Source of the DNA: Candidatus Latescibacterota bacterium
GTDB taxonomy: Bacteria > Latescibacterota > UBA2968 > UBA8231
Assembly: GCA_965217585.1 (NCBI GenBank)
Contig: OZ244561.1
Span: 7,232,001-7,296,000 of the forward strand
Direction: 5' to 3'
Length of the DNA: 64,000 nucleotides
How positions within the stretch are numbered: the stretch's first letter is position 1; each line of letters begins with the position of its first letter. The notes under the pieces were generated by a model. That model searched no databases. It had not been told where the DNA came from and saw only the letters and a program-made list of their open reading frames with translations. Of the stretch, positions 51,249 through 61,020 are shown piece after piece. The translations under genes and the position numbers were made by a program.

Positions 51249-51497
51249 TGCGCTATTCCAGTCCCTTTCGGCCAGCTCCGAGAGAAGGACGTTGCTGGCA
51301 GTTGGATAGATTACGAAGCGGCGGTCTCGGGTGGCTTGCAACTGCTACCAGAGGGCCATGCTTATGAGGTGCTTGCCGACGACTACGAAAGAATGTTGAG
51401 CGACGGCATGCTCTTCGACGACGATGAACCTTTTGACGACTTGATTGCAAGGTGTGCAGATATAGAAGAGAGGGCGAATCGCCGCCAACCAACTTGA
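51241..51497 (+). pseudogene. AbiEii-like toxin with central deletion
   Basis: ATG overlapping the antitoxin end gives MPDALFQSLSAS; an out-of-frame C-terminal piece follows (REKDVAGSWIDYEAAVSGGLQLLP...DDYERM...PFDDLIARCADIEERAN*). Confidence 0.75.
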
Positions 51498-51573
51498 ATT
51501 CGCCCAAGTCCGCCGAATCGGGCAAAACCCGCGTCTCTCGGTCTTGAGGCTGCCGGGTGAAAGGAGCCTACCT

Positions 51574-53697
51574 ATGATCCATTCTATTGTCAGTCGAAAA
51601 ATCACTGCGTTTTTGTTCGCAATGGCGTGGTTGGCCCTCGTCGGGCACGGCACCGGCTACGGTCAGCCGCCGGGCGAGGAGGGCAAGATCTACTGGGCGA
51701 ACCCACAAAGAGGCATCCATCGGTCCAGCCTCGACGGCACCAATGTTGAACAACTCGTCAAGCCAGAATTGAGGTATCCGGCCGACATCGCGCTCGATGT
51801 ATTGGGAGGCAAGATGTACTGGACGGATAGGTGGGGAGAAGGAGGCATCTATTGGTCTGACCTAGATGGCTCAAATCTCAAACCCTTCATGGACGATGAC
51901 TATAGCTCGGAAGGGGCAACAAACATCGCGCTCGACGTGGACGGAGGCAAAATCTACTGGACGTCGGTGGTCAGCGGCGGTGATGCCTTTGATGGTTGGG
52001 TGGCGCGGGCAAATCTAGACGGCTCCAACAGCGAAGTCCTCTTTAATAGATCGGATCTATGGGATATTGCTCTGGATTCGGTCGGAGGCAAAGTATATTG
52101 GACCGACTGGTATTCTGCTCGCATCACACGAGCCGATCTCGACGGACAAAACGTCGAATATGACTATATCCGCCCAAGTTTGGCTTTTCCCAAGGGTATT
52201 GCCCTCGACGTGGACGGAGGCAAAATTTACTGGACGGAAGCGGGGACGATCCAACGGGCTGACCTCGATGGACAAAACATCGAAGAGATCCTCACCGTAT
52301 TAGATGGCTACCCTGAAGAAATCACCCTCGACATGGACCGGGGCAAGGTTTACTGGACCAATCCAGTCACGCAGACGATTCAGCGAGTTGATCTCGATGG
52401 CCAAAACGTCGAACACCTCTTCGACTTAGAGGACGACGTCCACTACATCCACTCGGGACCCCGAACAGGCATCGCCCTCGACGTGAACGGGGGCAAAATT
52501 TATTGGACGGACTCGGGGCCGGGGACGATCCAGCGCGCCGACCTCGACGGACAAAACCGCGAAGTCCTCTTCGATCCAATAGTGAGGGAACCATACGGCA
52601 TTGCCCTAGACACGGACAAGATGTACTGGACCGACGAGGTGAAGGGGACGATCCAGCAAGCCGACCTAAACGGCGAAAACATCGAAGTTCTGATCACCGG
52701 CTTAAATTGTCCCAAGGGAATTGCCTTGCTAGACGGAGACAAGATCTACTGGGCGGACGCAGGACCAGGGGAATACTGGGGGTACTCGGAAACAGGGAGA
52801 CGGGTTTGGGTGCAACCAGAAACAGGGAAAATTCAGGCGGCTAACTGGGACGGCTCCAACGTCAAAGATGTCCTCACCGGCTTGAGCTATCTTGAGGATA
52901 TTGCCCTCGACGCAATTCGGGGTAAGATCTACTGGAGAGAGAGCTTCCTAGGAGAGATATCGGAGCACGCCATTCAGCGAGCGGACTTGGACGGGTCCAA
53001 TGTCGAAGAGATCCTCATCTCGAAACTAACGGGTTCCCCTAGTGTGGGAACAATGGCTCTCGATGTACTGGCGGGCAAGATATACTGGACAGACAAATAC
53101 GGGGGGGCGATGCAGCGGGCGGACTTAGATGGCTCCAATGTCGAAGAGATCGCCACTAATGATCCTTCTTGGGATCGCTACACAGCCTTCGCTCTGGACC
53201 TAATTGGAAACAAAATATACTGGTCGAGTCTGCTTGACGTCCCTACGAGGGAGTATGAAGATCTGGTGGACTTCTTCCGGTCCAACTTAGACGGCTCCAA
53301 CGTCGAGGAGATATGGACGACAACGACCCGTACAGGTGGTCCAACGGATATCGCCTTAGACATCTCCCACCCAACCGCGATCTCGACGCCCGACACCACG
53401 CCGACGATACCAGCCACCAGCGGCCTAGACCCCAATTTCCCCAACCCCTTCAACGCCAGCACTCAGATCACCTACCACCTAGCCACCCCCGGCTCAGTGC
53501 GGCTGACGATCTACAATACCTTGGGCCAACCCGTGAGCACGCTTGTGAACCAATTCCAGCCCGCCGGCTCGTACCAAGTCCGCTGGAACGCCCGCGACCA
53601 GCGGGGCACGGCTTGGCGGCGGGGGTCTATCTCGTGCGCCTGCACTACCCCGGCGGCGAGCAGACCCGGCGACTGCTCTTGCTCAAGTAGCTGCTAG
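51574..53697 (+). CDS. Second YWTD repeat surface protein; FlgD-like tail frameshifted near 53612
   Basis: Signal peptide, many GGKIYWT/RADLDG repeats, NFPNPFN; canonical end LAAGVYLVRLHYPGGEQTRRLLLLK* lies in another frame (stop at 53690). Confidence 0.85.
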   Translation: MIHSIVSRKITAFLFAMAWLALVGHGTGYGQPPGEEGKIYWANPQRGIHRSSLDGTNVEQLVKPELRYPADIALDVLGGKMYWTDRWGEGGIYWSDLDGSNLKPFMDDDYSSEGATNIALDVDGGKIYWTSVVSGGDAFDGWVARANLDGSNSEVLFNRSDLWDIALDSVGGKVYWTDWYSARITRADLDGQNVEYDYIRPSLAFPKGIALDVDGGKIYWTEAGTIQRADLDGQNIEEILTVLDGYPEEITLDMDRGKVYWTNPVTQTIQRVDLDGQNVEHLFDLEDDVHYIHSGPRTGIALDVNGGKIYWTDSGPGTIQRADLDGQNREVLFDPIVREPYGIALDTDKMYWTDEVKGTIQQADLNGENIEVLITGLNCPKGIALLDGDKIYWADAGPGEYWGYSETGRRVWVQPETGKIQAANWDGSNVKDVLTGLSYLEDIALDAIRGKIYWRESFLGEISEHAIQRADLDGSNVEEILISKLTGSPSVGTMALDVLAGKIYWTDKYGGAMQRADLDGSNVEEIATNDPSWDRYTAFALDLIGNKIYWSSLLDVPTREYEDLVDFFRSNLDGSNVEEIWTTTTRTGGPTDIALDISHPTAISTPDTTPTIPATSGLDPNFPNPFNASTQITYHLATPGSVRLTIYNTLGQPVSTLVNQFQPAGSYQVRWNARDQRGTAWRRGSISCACTTPAASRPGDCSCSSSC

Positions 53698-53716
53698 CCC
53701 GCGTCTCTCGCCCGTC

Positions 53717-53745
53717 TTGACGCGGTCCGGCAAAACGCATACCCT
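53717..53745 (+). promoter_or_regulatory. Putative uvrC promoter inside junction repeat 4
   Basis: TTGACG-17 bp-TACCCT; equivalent TTGATG-17 bp-TATCCT at 50550-50578. Confidence 0.5.
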
Positions 53746-53774
53746 CGTTACAATATGTCAACCCACATCCCTTT

Positions 53775-55628
53775 TTGATGAATAACCTCTCCGAAGATCT
53801 GCGCCTCAAACTCGACGCCCTGCCCAACGAATCCGGCGTCTATATTATGAAAAGGCGCGACGGGCAGATCATCTACATCGGCAAGGCCAAAAGCCTGCGC
53901 GACCGGGTGCGCTCGTACTTTCGCACGTCGGGCGGCGATGGCCGGCGTCAGTTCAAAGCCTTAGTCCGCAACATCGCCGATATCGACTACATCGTAACGG
54001 GCAGCGAGCAAGAAGCCCTCATCCTCGAAGCCACCCAAATCCGCACCCACAAACCGCGCTACAACATCCTGCTCAAAGACGACAAGAAATACCCTTACAT
54101 CCGCATCACCGCCGAGCCTTTTCCCCGCATCTTCGCCACCCGCGACGTAGTCCGCGACGGCTCGCGCTACCTCGGCCCGTACAGCAACGTCCGCGCCATG
54201 CACACCACCCTCGACATGCTGCGCAAGGTCTTCCCCATCCGCGCCTGCAACGCCCAGCTACCCTCAGACAAGGTGCCGCTGTGTCTCGAATACCATATCA
54301 AGCGCTGCGAAGGCCCCTGCGAAAACCTCGTCTCGGCTGACGACTACCGCAAAACCGTCGAGCGGGCCGTGCGCTTTTTGCGCGGCCAGAACGCCGAAGT
54401 GATCCGCGAGCTGCAAAAGCGCATGGCCGAAGCCGCCGAGGACATGCGCTACGAGAAAGCAGCCCGCTTCCGCGACCAGATCCAAGCGCTAGAATCCATG
54501 CGCGCGCGCCAAAAGGTCGTCCTCGACGACCCGGTGGACCGCGACGTCCTCGGCATGGCCCGCAGCGATGACGAAGCCTGTTGCAGCGTCCTCGAAATCC
54601 GCGAGGGCCGCCTGCTCGGCAAAAAGCACCACTTCCTCGGCGGGGTCATGGAGTCCTCAGAGGGGGAAATCCTCTCGGCCTTTGCGCGGCAATTCTACCT
54701 GCAAAATGACTTTGTCCCGCCCGAGATCCACCTGCCAGACCAACTAGCAGACGCCGACGCAGTGGCCGCTTGGCTGTCGCAAAAGGCCGACGGCAAGGTC
54801 GAGTTGGCCACCCCCCAGCGCGGTGCCAAGGCGCAAATGCTGGACATGGCCGCCAAAAACGCCGCCCAGATGCTCGCCGAACGCCAGCACAAGCGCGAGA
54901 TGAAGCGCGACCGCATCCCCCAATCGGTCTATGCCCTCCAGCGCGACTTGCAGCTAGCGGCCCCGCCCCGCCGCATCGAAGGCATCGACATCTCCACCTT
55001 CCAAGGCGCGCACCCGGTCGGCTCGGTGGTCTGCTTTATCGACGGCCGGGCCAAGCGCAGCCAGTACCGCTACTTCAAAATCCGCGACCTCGCCCAACCC
55101 GACGACTACGCCTCTATCCACCAAGTGGTCTCTCGCCGCTTCCGCGGCCTGGCCGAGCGCAACGAGCCACGGCCCGACCTGCTGCTCATCGACGGCGGGC
55201 CGGGCCAACTCACCAGCGCGGTCGCTGCCCTGCGCGAGCTAGACCTAGCAGACCAACCCGTCGTCGGCCTCGCCAAACGCTTCGAGGAAGTCTTCCTGCC
55301 GGGCCAGCGCGATCCCCTGCTGCTACCCAAGACCTCGGCCAGCCTGCGCCTGTTGCAGATGCTGCGCGACGAAGCCCACCGCTTCGCGCTCAAAAATCAC
55401 CGCCAGCAACGCGCCAAAAGCGCGCTGAGCTCGACCTTGGACCACGTCCCTGGTATCGGCCCGCAAAAGCGCAGGGCACTGCTCGTTGCCTTTGGCTCGG
55501 TCAAGCGCATCGCCGCCACGCCAGCCGAGCATATCGCCGCCCTCCCCGGCTTCAGCCGCAAACAGGCCGACGCCTTGCTCGCCCATCTCAACAGCCCGGA
55601 CCATGGCCCGCCCAAAATCGACTCCTGA
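53775..55628 (+). CDS. uvrC: Excinuclease ABC subunit C
   Basis: GVY...YIGKAK GIY-YIG, DIST, LIDGGPGQ, RDEAHRFA, HhH. Confidence 0.97.
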   Translation: MMNNLSEDLRLKLDALPNESGVYIMKRRDGQIIYIGKAKSLRDRVRSYFRTSGGDGRRQFKALVRNIADIDYIVTGSEQEALILEATQIRTHKPRYNILLKDDKKYPYIRITAEPFPRIFATRDVVRDGSRYLGPYSNVRAMHTTLDMLRKVFPIRACNAQLPSDKVPLCLEYHIKRCEGPCENLVSADDYRKTVERAVRFLRGQNAEVIRELQKRMAEAAEDMRYEKAARFRDQIQALESMRARQKVVLDDPVDRDVLGMARSDDEACCSVLEIREGRLLGKKHHFLGGVMESSEGEILSAFARQFYLQNDFVPPEIHLPDQLADADAVAAWLSQKADGKVELATPQRGAKAQMLDMAAKNAAQMLAERQHKREMKRDRIPQSVYALQRDLQLAAPPRRIEGIDISTFQGAHPVGSVVCFIDGRAKRSQYRYFKIRDLAQPDDYASIHQVVSRRFRGLAERNEPRPDLLLIDGGPGQLTSAVAALRELDLADQPVVGLAKRFEEVFLPGQRDPLLLPKTSASLRLLQMLRDEAHRFALKNHRQQRAKSALSSTLDHVPGIGPQKRRALLVAFGSVKRIAATPAEHIAALPGFSRKQADALLAHLNSPDHGPPKIDS

Positions 55629-56529
55629 ACGCCCGCTGCCAGCGGCCCTAGCCATCCCCTGCGAGCGCTTCCTCAAGGCCATGGAGCGCGACAATGGGCT
55701 AGCAGCCAATACCCTCGACGCCTATCGCCGCGACCTCAACCGCTATCTGCACCACCTGTCCGCCCAAGGCGTCGAGCGCGTAGAAGCCGTCCAACACCAG
55801 CATATCGCCCAATTGCTTCATTCGCTGAGCGACGCCGGCCTGACCCCTTCTACTATGGCCCGCAACCTCACCTCGATAAAGCGCTTCCACCAGTATTTAC
55901 TGCTCCAGGGCGCAACGACGCACAACCCGGCCGAACTCCTCGACCCGCCCAAACTGGAACGCCGTCTGCCCGACGTGCTGTCGGTCGAAGAAATCGCCGC
56001 CCTCCTCGCCGCGCCCGACCCCGACGAGCCGCTGGGCCAGCGCGACCGGGCCATCCTCGCCGTGCTCTACGCCACAGGTATCCGCGTCTCCGAGCTGACC
56101 GCGCTGCAACAGACAGCCCTGCTACTGGCAAGAGGCCTCGTCCGCATCCACGGTCGGCGCGAGCGCATCGTGCCCATCGCGGCCAAAGACGCTCGCACGC
56201 TCAGACGCTACCTGCGCCAAGGCCGCCCCCATCTCGCTCGGCCCGACTCGAGCGATCACGTTTTTCTCAATGCCCAAGGTGGCCCGCTCTCGCGGATGAG
56301 TGTGTGGAAAATCATCAAAACCGCCGGCGACAAAGCTCGCATTGGCAAGGAGATCAGCCCCCACACCCTGCGCCACTCCTTTGCCACGCATCTGTTAGAA
56401 GGCGGTGCCAACCTCCGCGCCGTGCAGGAGCTGTTGGGCCACGCCGACATCTCCACCACCCAGATCTACACGCACCTCGACCTCAGCTATCTCAAAGAGG
56501 TCCACAAGACCTACCACCCCCGAGGTTAA
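55603..56529 (+). CDS. xerD: Tyrosine recombinase XerD
   Basis: RDRA..YATGIRVSEL, HTLRHSFATH, LGHADISTTQIY, HPR. Confidence 0.9.
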   Translation: MARPKSTPERPLPAALAIPCERFLKAMERDNGLAANTLDAYRRDLNRYLHHLSAQGVERVEAVQHQHIAQLLHSLSDAGLTPSTMARNLTSIKRFHQYLLLQGATTHNPAELLDPPKLERRLPDVLSVEEIAALLAAPDPDEPLGQRDRAILAVLYATGIRVSELTALQQTALLLARGLVRIHGRRERIVPIAAKDARTLRRYLRQGRPHLARPDSSDHVFLNAQGGPLSRMSVWKIIKTAGDKARIGKEISPHTLRHSFATHLLEGGANLRAVQELLGHADISTTQIYTHLDLSYLKEVHKTYHPRG

Positions 56530-57270
56530 ATGGAGCCTCAGCTAGTCGTCGCCGAGGGCCTCGCCAAGCAGTTCCCCTCCGGAGTTGAAGCCCTGCGCGA
56601 CCTCAATTTGGAAATTAGCCGCGGTCAATTCGTCTCCATCGTCGGCCCTTCCGGCTGCGGCAAATCCACCTTCCTCCGCCTCGTGGCCGGCCTCGACGCG
56701 CCCACGAGCGGCGAGTTGCACGTGGATGGCCACGACCCGCTCGGCCTCGCCTTCGTCTTCCAAGACGCCACGTTGCTACCTTGGCGGTCGGTCGCGCACA
56801 ACATCACTCTCCCCTTAGAGCTGCGCCGCGAAGACGAAGACGAGCGCATCGCCCAGACGCTCGCGCTGGTCGGCCTAACCGACTTTGCCGCTGCGTACCC
56901 GGCCCAGCTCTCCGGCGGTATGCGCATGCGGGTCTCCATTGCCCGTGCGCTGGTGACCCGTCCCCAGATCCTGCTCCTCGACGAGCCTTTTGGCGCGCTC
57001 GACGAAATCACCCGTCAGCGGCTCAACGAGGAGTTGCTGCGCCTGTGGCAGGAAGACCGCTGGACCGGCCTCTTCGTCACGCACAACGTCTCCGAAGCCG
57101 TCTTCCTCAGCCAGCGGGTCCTCGTGATGAGCGCGCGTCCCGGCCATCTCCTTGCCGACATCCCCATCCCGTTTCCCTATCCGCGCTCGCCGTACCTGCG
57201 CAGCGCCCCTGAATTCATCCGCATAGCCAACGGGATATCGCGCCAACTCGCCCACGCCGACGACCCATGA
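56530..57270 (+). CDS. ABC transporter ATP-binding protein (NitT/TauT family)
   Basis: GPSGCGKS, LSGGMRMR, DEPFGALD. Confidence 0.9.
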   Translation: MEPQLVVAEGLAKQFPSGVEALRDLNLEISRGQFVSIVGPSGCGKSTFLRLVAGLDAPTSGELHVDGHDPLGLAFVFQDATLLPWRSVAHNITLPLELRREDEDERIAQTLALVGLTDFAAAYPAQLSGGMRMRVSIARALVTRPQILLLDEPFGALDEITRQRLNEELLRLWQEDRWTGLFVTHNVSEAVFLSQRVLVMSARPGHLLADIPIPFPYPRSPYLRSAPEFIRIANGISRQLAHADDP

Positions 57271-58049
57271 GACGACTGCGCTCCCTAACCACCAATACCC
57301 TGCCCCCGCTGCTGTTTTTCGCCTTGGTCCTGTGCGTTTGGCAAGGCGCAGTCTCGCTTCTCGCGATCAAGCCTTTCCTGCTGCCCGGGCCTTTGCTCGT
57401 GGCCCGCGCCATCGCCGACAACTTGCCGCGCCTGCTGTCGGCTACCCTGCTGACGGCCTTGGGTGCCCTCTTGGGCTTCGGCCTCAGCTTTGCCTTTGGC
57501 TTCTTGGTCGCCCTGCTGTTTTCCCAGTCGCGCCTCATCGAGCGCAGCCTCTATCCATACGCGATCTTCTTGCAGACCATGCCCATCGTCGCCATCGCGC
57601 CGCTGATCATCCTGTGGATCGGCTACGGCCTCCAAGGCGTGGTGGCCGTCTCTTTCATCATCGCCCTCTTCCCGGTCATCGCCAATACCACCGACGGCCT
57701 GACTCGCGTCGATCCCCACATTCTCGACTTCTTCGCGCTCAACAAGGCCAGCCGCTGGCAGGTGCTGTTCAAGCTCCGCGTCCCCGGTGCCGTACCCCAG
57801 ATGCTGGTCGGTGCCCGCATTTCCAGCGGCCTGTCGGTCATCGGCGCGATTGTCGGCGAGTTCTTCGCCGGCTACGGCACCCAAGACTTCGGCCTCGGCT
57901 ACTTGATCATCCTCACCAACGGCCAAGCCAAGACCGACTATCTCTTCGCCTGCATTCTGTTTTGCACCTTGCTCGGCTTGGGGCTATTTACCACCGTGAG
58001 CAGCTTGAGTACTTTCTTGCTCAGACGCTGGACGGGCGCGCCCGAGTAA
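57267..58049 (+). CDS. ABC transporter permease (NitT/TauT family)
   Basis: Multiple TM segments, IGAIVGEF, GLG. Confidence 0.9.
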   Translation: MRRLRSLTTNTLPPLLFFALVLCVWQGAVSLLAIKPFLLPGPLLVARAIADNLPRLLSATLLTALGALLGFGLSFAFGFLVALLFSQSRLIERSLYPYAIFLQTMPIVAIAPLIILWIGYGLQGVVAVSFIIALFPVIANTTDGLTRVDPHILDFFALNKASRWQVLFKLRVPGAVPQMLVGARISSGLSVIGAIVGEFFAGYGTQDFGLGYLIILTNGQAKTDYLFACILFCTLLGLGLFTTVSSLSTFLLRRWTGAPE

Positions 58050-58097
58050 AACGGCGGCGCACCAGCTACCACCACCACAATCACCACGAGGATTCCC

Positions 58098-59066
58098 GTG
58101 ATGTTCAAATGCTCGCTCTTGGCAGCCCTCCTCGCGCTCGTCGCCTGCGCCACTGAAAAAGAAGGCCCCACAACCGACGTCTTGCCCAAGGTCCAACTCG
58201 CGCTCAACTGGTTCCCAGAAGCCGAACACGGCGGCTTGTACGCGGCCGTAGTCCACGGCTATTACGAGGAAAACGGCGTCGAGGTCGAAATCCTCGGCGG
58301 CGGCCCAGACGCGCCAGTAGTCCAGCGCGTGGCCACTGGTGCGGTAGCCTTTGGCATAGTCAATGCCGACGACATCCTGTACGCGCGTGCCCAACAGATT
58401 CCCGTGGTCGTGCTCATGGCTTCCTACCAGATCAGCCCGCGCTGCATCATGGTCCATGAGAGCGCGGGCATCGACTCCATTTCCCAAATCAAAAACATGA
58501 CCTTGGCCCTGTCGCAACGCCCGGCCTTCTCGCACTATCTGCGCTGGAAATACCCATTTGAAGGCGTCACGATCGTCCCCTATCCCGGCAATGTGGCCCA
58601 ATTCCTCGCGAACGAGAATTTCGCCCAGCAGGGCTACGTCTTCAGCGAGCCTTTCGTCGCCAAGACCAAAGGCGGCGATCCCAAAGCCCTGCTCGTAGCC
58701 GACACCGGCTTTAACCCCTATGCTAGCGTGCTCATCACCACCGCAGAGCGCATCGCCGCCGAGCCTGAGCTCGTCGGGGCCGTAGTCCGCGCCAGCGTCA
58801 AAGGCTGGGAGACATACCTCGCCGAGCCAGAGGCGACCAACCGCCATATCAACAGCCTCAACCCCGAGATGGGTATGGACATTCTCGCCTATGGTGCCAC
58901 CGAATCCAGCGCCATGATTCTCGATCCAGTCGCCCAACAAAACGGCCTCGGCAGCATGAGCCTAGAGCGCTGGCAGGAGCTATTGGCACAAATGGTGACC
59001 GTTGGCCTGATCAAAGACGGCGTCGTGGACGCCACCGCGGTCTTCACCAACCGCTTCTTGCCCTAG
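58098..59066 (+). CDS. NMT1/THI5-like substrate-binding lipoprotein
   Basis: Lipobox LVAC, LNWFPEAEHGG. Confidence 0.85.
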   Translation: MMFKCSLLAALLALVACATEKEGPTTDVLPKVQLALNWFPEAEHGGLYAAVVHGYYEENGVEVEILGGGPDAPVVQRVATGAVAFGIVNADDILYARAQQIPVVVLMASYQISPRCIMVHESAGIDSISQIKNMTLALSQRPAFSHYLRWKYPFEGVTIVPYPGNVAQFLANENFAQQGYVFSEPFVAKTKGGDPKALLVADTGFNPYASVLITTAERIAAEPELVGAVVRASVKGWETYLAEPEATNRHINSLNPEMGMDILAYGATESSAMILDPVAQQNGLGSMSLERWQELLAQMVTVGLIKDGVVDATAVFTNRFLP

Positions 59067-59069
59067 CCC

Positions 59070-59870
59070 TTGGCCTTTTTGCAGGACATCGCGCTCGGCC
59101 GCTACCTCGCGCTCGACTCGCCGATCCACCGCCTCGATCCGCGCACCAAGTTAGGGGCCGTTTTCGCGCTGACGCTGGCGGCCTTTGCAGCACCCAACGC
59201 GTACGCCCTGCTGATACTCGCGGCCTTCCTGCTTGTGGCCATCGCCTTGGCACGGGTGCCTTCGCGCCTCATCCTGCGCCAACTCAAAACCTTTGCTTGG
59301 CTCTTTCTGTTCACCTTTGCCCTCCACGCGCTGCTCACGCCTGGTCGGCCCGTTTTGCCCTTGCCCTTTTCCGATCACGTCCTAACCGCCGAGGGCCTGC
59401 ACTTGGGGGCCTTTTTCACCGCACGGCTGGCCGTGGCCATCGTCGCCGCCACGCTCTTGACGCTCACAACCGCGCCGATGGAGATAACCAGCGGCTTAGA
59501 GCGCCTCTTCAATCCCTTGCGCCGCTTCGGCTTTCCAGCCGGCGACATGGCGTTGATGATCTCCATTGCCCTGCGGTTTATTCCCGTGCTCCTCGACGAA
59601 GCCGAGCGCCTGCGCAAGGCCCAACTAGCGCGCGGGGCCGACTTTAGCGGCCCTTTTCTGCGCCGTATCAAAAACCTCGTGCCCCTCCTCGTGCCCCTCC
59701 TTGTCGCGGCCTGCGGTCGCGCCGACCGCCTCGCCTTGGCCATGGAGAGCCGCTGCTACGCCAGCGGGACCGAACGCACCCACTATCGCCCGCTTCGCTT
59801 TGGCCGCGCCGACGGTCTATCCGCCTTGGCCGCTCTAGGTTTGGTCGCACTCGTGTACTATCTGCGTTAG
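59070..59870 (+). CDS. ecfT: ECF transporter transmembrane component T
   Basis: DPRTK, ALRFIP, AQLARG, AMESRCY. Confidence 0.9.
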   Translation: MAFLQDIALGRYLALDSPIHRLDPRTKLGAVFALTLAAFAAPNAYALLILAAFLLVAIALARVPSRLILRQLKTFAWLFLFTFALHALLTPGRPVLPLPFSDHVLTAEGLHLGAFFTARLAVAIVAATLLTLTTAPMEITSGLERLFNPLRRFGFPAGDMALMISIALRFIPVLLDEAERLRKAQLARGADFSGPFLRRIKNLVPLLVPLLVAACGRADRLALAMESRCYASGTERTHYRPLRFGRADGLSALAALGLVALVYYLR

Positions 59871-59874
59871 GGCG

Positions 59875-60642
59875 ATGCGGACGCTGCGCTTGGTAGTCGA
59901 ATACGACGGCACCCACTTCGTCGGCTGGCAGAGCCAAAAGAGCGGCCGCACCGTGCAAGACGCGCTCGAACAAGCCCTGCACATCCTGCTCAAAGAGCCG
60001 GTCCGCCTCATTGGCGCGGGCCGCACGGACGCCGGAACTCATGCCCTCGGGCAGGTAGCTCATTTCCAGACCGAGGGCGCGCTGCCCACGGATAGGTTAC
60101 TTCGCAGCCTCAACGGCCTATTGCCCCCAGACATTGCCGTGCGTTCTGCCGACGAGGTCGCCGCGGACTTCCACGCCCGCTACAGCGCGACCCGCAAGCG
60201 CTATCGCTACCGCATTCACCAGGGCAAGGCCGCCGTCAACCGCACTCAGGTGTGGACCTATTATTCCGCTCTATCTTTGACCCCCATGGCCGCGGCCGCC
60301 CGCTCGCTCTGCGGCGAACGCTCTTTTGGAGCCTTTTGCAAACAGGATCCCATCCCCGAGCACCTGACCTGCCAAGTCTTCGACGCGGCCTGGTCCCAAC
60401 GCGGCCCCGAACTGGTCTTTGAAATCGAGGCCAACCGCTTCCTCCGCCACATGGTGCGGATCCTCGTCGGCACCATGGTCGAAATCGGCTGCGGCACGAG
60501 GCCACCATCGGCTATCGCCGACCTGCTCGCCAGCGGTGACCGCACCGCGGCCGGTGCCACAGCACCTGCGCGCGGCCTCTGCCTGCTGTGGGTGGCGTAC
60601 CCTGATAGCCTGTGCAGTGAGCGCGGAAATAGCCTAGCCTAA
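59875..60642 (+). CDS. truA: tRNA pseudouridine(38-40) synthase
   Basis: YDGT.F.GWQ, AGRTDAG.HA, FHARY, FLRHMVR. Confidence 0.95.
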   Translation: MRTLRLVVEYDGTHFVGWQSQKSGRTVQDALEQALHILLKEPVRLIGAGRTDAGTHALGQVAHFQTEGALPTDRLLRSLNGLLPPDIAVRSADEVAADFHARYSATRKRYRYRIHQGKAAVNRTQVWTYYSALSLTPMAAAARSLCGERSFGAFCKQDPIPEHLTCQVFDAAWSQRGPELVFEIEANRFLRHMVRILVGTMVEIGCGTRPPSAIADLLASGDRTAAGATAPARGLCLLWVAYPDSLCSERGNSLA

Positions 60643-60948
60643 ATGCGCAAAAAATTCCAGCGGCACATTGAAAATTTTACCTGCGGAAATTGTGGTTTCC
60701 CCGTGCAGGGCAATGGCTACACCAATCACTGCCCCGAATGCCTCTGGAGCCAACACGTCGATGTAAACCCAGGCGATCGCGCCGAGCGCTGTCGCGGCTT
60801 GATGGAGCCGGTGGGGTTTGCCATCAAACGCGGCGATTATATTCTCGTCCACCGCTGTATCAAATGCGGCATTACCAAAAAGAATAAGGCCGCCAAAAAC
60901 GACCGCTTTGATGCGATCCTGAGTCTGCGCGGCGAATTGCCGGACTAG
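60643..60948 (+). CDS. RNHCP-domain zinc-binding protein
   Basis: FTCGNCG, TNHCPECLWSQHVD..PGDR...C.GLM, HRCIKCG. Confidence 0.85.
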   Translation: MRKKFQRHIENFTCGNCGFPVQGNGYTNHCPECLWSQHVDVNPGDRAERCRGLMEPVGFAIKRGDYILVHRCIKCGITKKNKAAKNDRFDAILSLRGELPD

Positions 60949-61020
60949 CGGCACTGCGCGCCTGCCGTGCAATACTTGCAACTATGTGTATGATTATTAT
61001 ATAATTTATCTTACTTATCG

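Noticed and set aside
55603-56529. XerD as an island integrase
   Set aside because: Housekeeping XerD size and motifs, overlapping uvrC, with host-like composition.
58050-58097. CAC-rich tract that could encode a His-rich peptide
   Set aside because: Short low-complexity intergenic sequence with no start codon or RBS.
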